Source: Octopus sinensis (Eukaryota). Taken from it: a stretch of 64,000 nt of DNA. The DNA lies in contig NC_043001.1 of assembly GCF_006345805.1 (NCBI RefSeq), positions 125,922,001-125,986,000 on the forward strand, written 5' to 3'. Below, piece after piece: positions 62,211 to 64,000 of the stretch; within the stretch, counting starts at the first letter, position 1, and each line of letters begins with the position of its first letter. Position numbers and translations under genes: made by a program. The notes under the pieces are model-generated. The model searched no databases, was not told the origin of the DNA, and worked only from the letters and a program-made list of their open reading frames with translations.

Positions 62211-62425
62211 CAAAGGTGTGCTGAAAATTTTCTGGCTTTAAAGGTATTGTGAAAGGTCTGGTTGGAGACCCAACATTTTGAATTCTTTTACAGAGCTTAG
62301 AAAAACTGAAGGACCACTGCATTAAGTGTGTGAATCTCAGAGGGGAATATGTTGGATATAAATCATAATTAACTGATCCTCCTGTATATTCTTTTATCTG
62401 AAGCCAGGAACTTTTCAGCACCCCC
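62211..62425. mobile_element. Tc1/mariner-type MITE (~215 bp)
   Basis: TA|caaaggtgtgctgaaaattttctggctt ... aagccaggaacttttcagcaccccc. Inverted homologue at 59778-59991. Confidence 0.75.
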
Positions 62426-62610
62426 GTGTGTACCGTTGGCGATTTTTTTCCTGTCTTCCCTTCTCTGGATCTTTCCTTCTCCTATGTTTCTGATGAAGAG
62501 CTCCGCTCGAAACGTTAAACCCTCTTTCTTCCCTTCCTTCCTGGGCGTCTAATAATACTATATTTGTTCCACGTCCTCGCGTTGTTGTGTTTTCATGTTT
62601 GGATTAACTA
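62425..62610 (+). mobile_element. ~190-bp hammerhead-bearing mini-element (solo PLE pseudo-LTR-like) ending in (TA)n
   Basis: Near-identical to 30944-31140. Starts cgtgtgtaccgttggcg, ends ggattaac followed by (TA)n. Confidence 0.7.
62486..62520 (+). ncRNA. Minimal type-I hammerhead ribozyme motif, core intact
   Basis: GTTT-CTGATGA-A-GAGC(tcc)GCTC-GAAA-CG-T-T-AAAC. 4-bp stem I, 4-bp stem II, palindromic ACGT stem III. Confidence 0.75.
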
Positions 62611-62621
62611 CATTATATATA

Positions 62622-62706
<85 letters not shown>

Positions 62707-63099
62707 TACAGATGCAGAGTAATCTTTCTTTTTTCTTGTTTGTTGTGGTGTATATAATACATGCACACATAAGTATATACTTTAATAGTACGTGAAAAGC
62801 GCACACACCTGCATACACTCATGCAAAATACATTGATTTCTTTATTCTGTTAACCTAGGATGTCTGGATTTTTTTCTCAGCTTATCCATTTGTCTAATTT
62901 ACTTGCAAGTACATGCTAATGTGCATCAATTTATCCAAGTAAATTTGTAACTAAGTATTTTTTTATTCTCCCCACCACCACCATCACTATTATCTATACA
63001 CCTGTCTATCTTTATAATCATATATATCATTAAATTCATAAGTAATATTTGCACATGTAAATGTATGTAAACATTCATATGGGCAACACACACACACAC

Positions 63100-63242
63100 A
63101 CATCATCATCATCGTTTAACGTCCGTTTTCCGCGCTAGCACAGGTTGGACAGTTCAACTAGGGTCTGGGAAGCCAGGAGGCTGCACCAGGCTCCAGTCTG
63201 ATCTGGCAGTGTTTCTACAGCTGGATGCCCTTCCTAACGCCA
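63100..63242 (-). mobile_element. Family D fragment
   Basis: catcatcatcgtttaacgtccg...ggatgcccttcctaacgcc. Confidence 0.8.
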
Positions 63243-63268
63243 AGACACACATATATCTATATATATAT

Positions 63269-64000
63269 AAAATACAAAATGGGACAAGAACGCAAAACAT
63301 CCAGACAACTAGGTGATACATAAAGGGACAACAAAACATCCAGATAGACGATACAAAAAAACAAGGACGGGTCATTCAAAGCCTTTTATTTTCAGTGAAG
63401 AACTGGATCATCCTTGCAATTTCAGCTGATTAATCTTGAGATTGCTCCAATCTGGCCAGCCCCAAGGAAAAACTAAGCTAAGAGCATCAGATTCCTTGGA
63501 AAAAAGCATCGAATGTATACGAAAACAGACGGCAAAATAGACGATGTTACACAAATATAAATACAAAAATACAATAATAATAATAACAGGACATGACAAC
63601 AGGCATCTTTCAACTGGGGACGAATTGAATTCAGCTGGCATGTGTGGAAATGAAGCCTTACAGCAGAGGGAGGGGAAAGTCATTCTCTTTTGGTACCTTA
63701 TAATTTAACACACTCACAGGTAAAATTTCCACTTATTTCTTTTTTATTTTTCTAAAATTTTCATTGCGTCTTGCAACCTCTTCATTAGTTTGAGTCAAAA
63801 CTATTGAAAAGGTTGCAACAAGTGAAAATTTTACTGGTGAGTGTGTTAAATTATAAGGCACCAAAAGAAAATGACTCTCCCCAGACACAACAGAATATGC
63901 TTCAACACATGAACTCACATAAAGAATCTTGCAAACCAAATCCAAAAACGATATATAGTTAAGTTAATTTTTTGGCTCAAAAAGCAAGGCCATGTAGGGG
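63269..64000 (-). mobile_element. Unclassified probable repeat abutting (TA)n and containing a long hairpin
   Basis: Begins at a TA tract; direct repeat caaaacatccaga occurs twice; inverted repeat at 63672-63882. Only one copy in the window, so repeat status is inferred. Confidence 0.35.

Noticed and set aside
63361-63420. Possible minus-strand hammerhead in the terminal repeat (ctgaaaa...ttgaatgacccgtc)
   Set aside because: The core and GAAA are both non-canonical and no stem I pairing was found.

Overview
AT-rich, microsatellite-dense animal genomic DNA. The repeat families look like those of an octopus (coleoid cephalopod); this is from recall, not a database search. The only host coding sequence I can support is one 195-bp internal exon (12835-13029, minus strand) of a TspanC8-type tetraspanin (TSPAN5/17-like), so the window is probably two very long introns of that gene. 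The rest is mostly mobile DNA. Four tRNA-headed SINE families are labelled A, B, C and G here. There are many 3' fragments of RTE-clade LINEs (D), a full-length SPIN/Charlie-type hAT fossil with an 8-bp TSD, several hAT, mariner and piggyBac MITEs, and a Tc1 relic. A Neptune-type Penelope-like element (PLE) fragment carries a GIY-YIG domain. The most interesting signals are three. (1) A set of minimal type-I hammerhead ribozyme motifs sits in short elements next to (TA)n tracts and in the PLE tail, with compensatory stem changes. (2) A ~330-bp inverted duplication at 22468-24185 carries a 5S-rRNA-derived piece and has a 22-bp templated filler at its junction. (3) A ~210-nt compound hairpin lies at 63672-63882. 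Most ORFs in the supplied track are microsatellite or SINE artefacts. Repeat boundaries were read by eye and are approximate unless a TSD or TIR is quoted.
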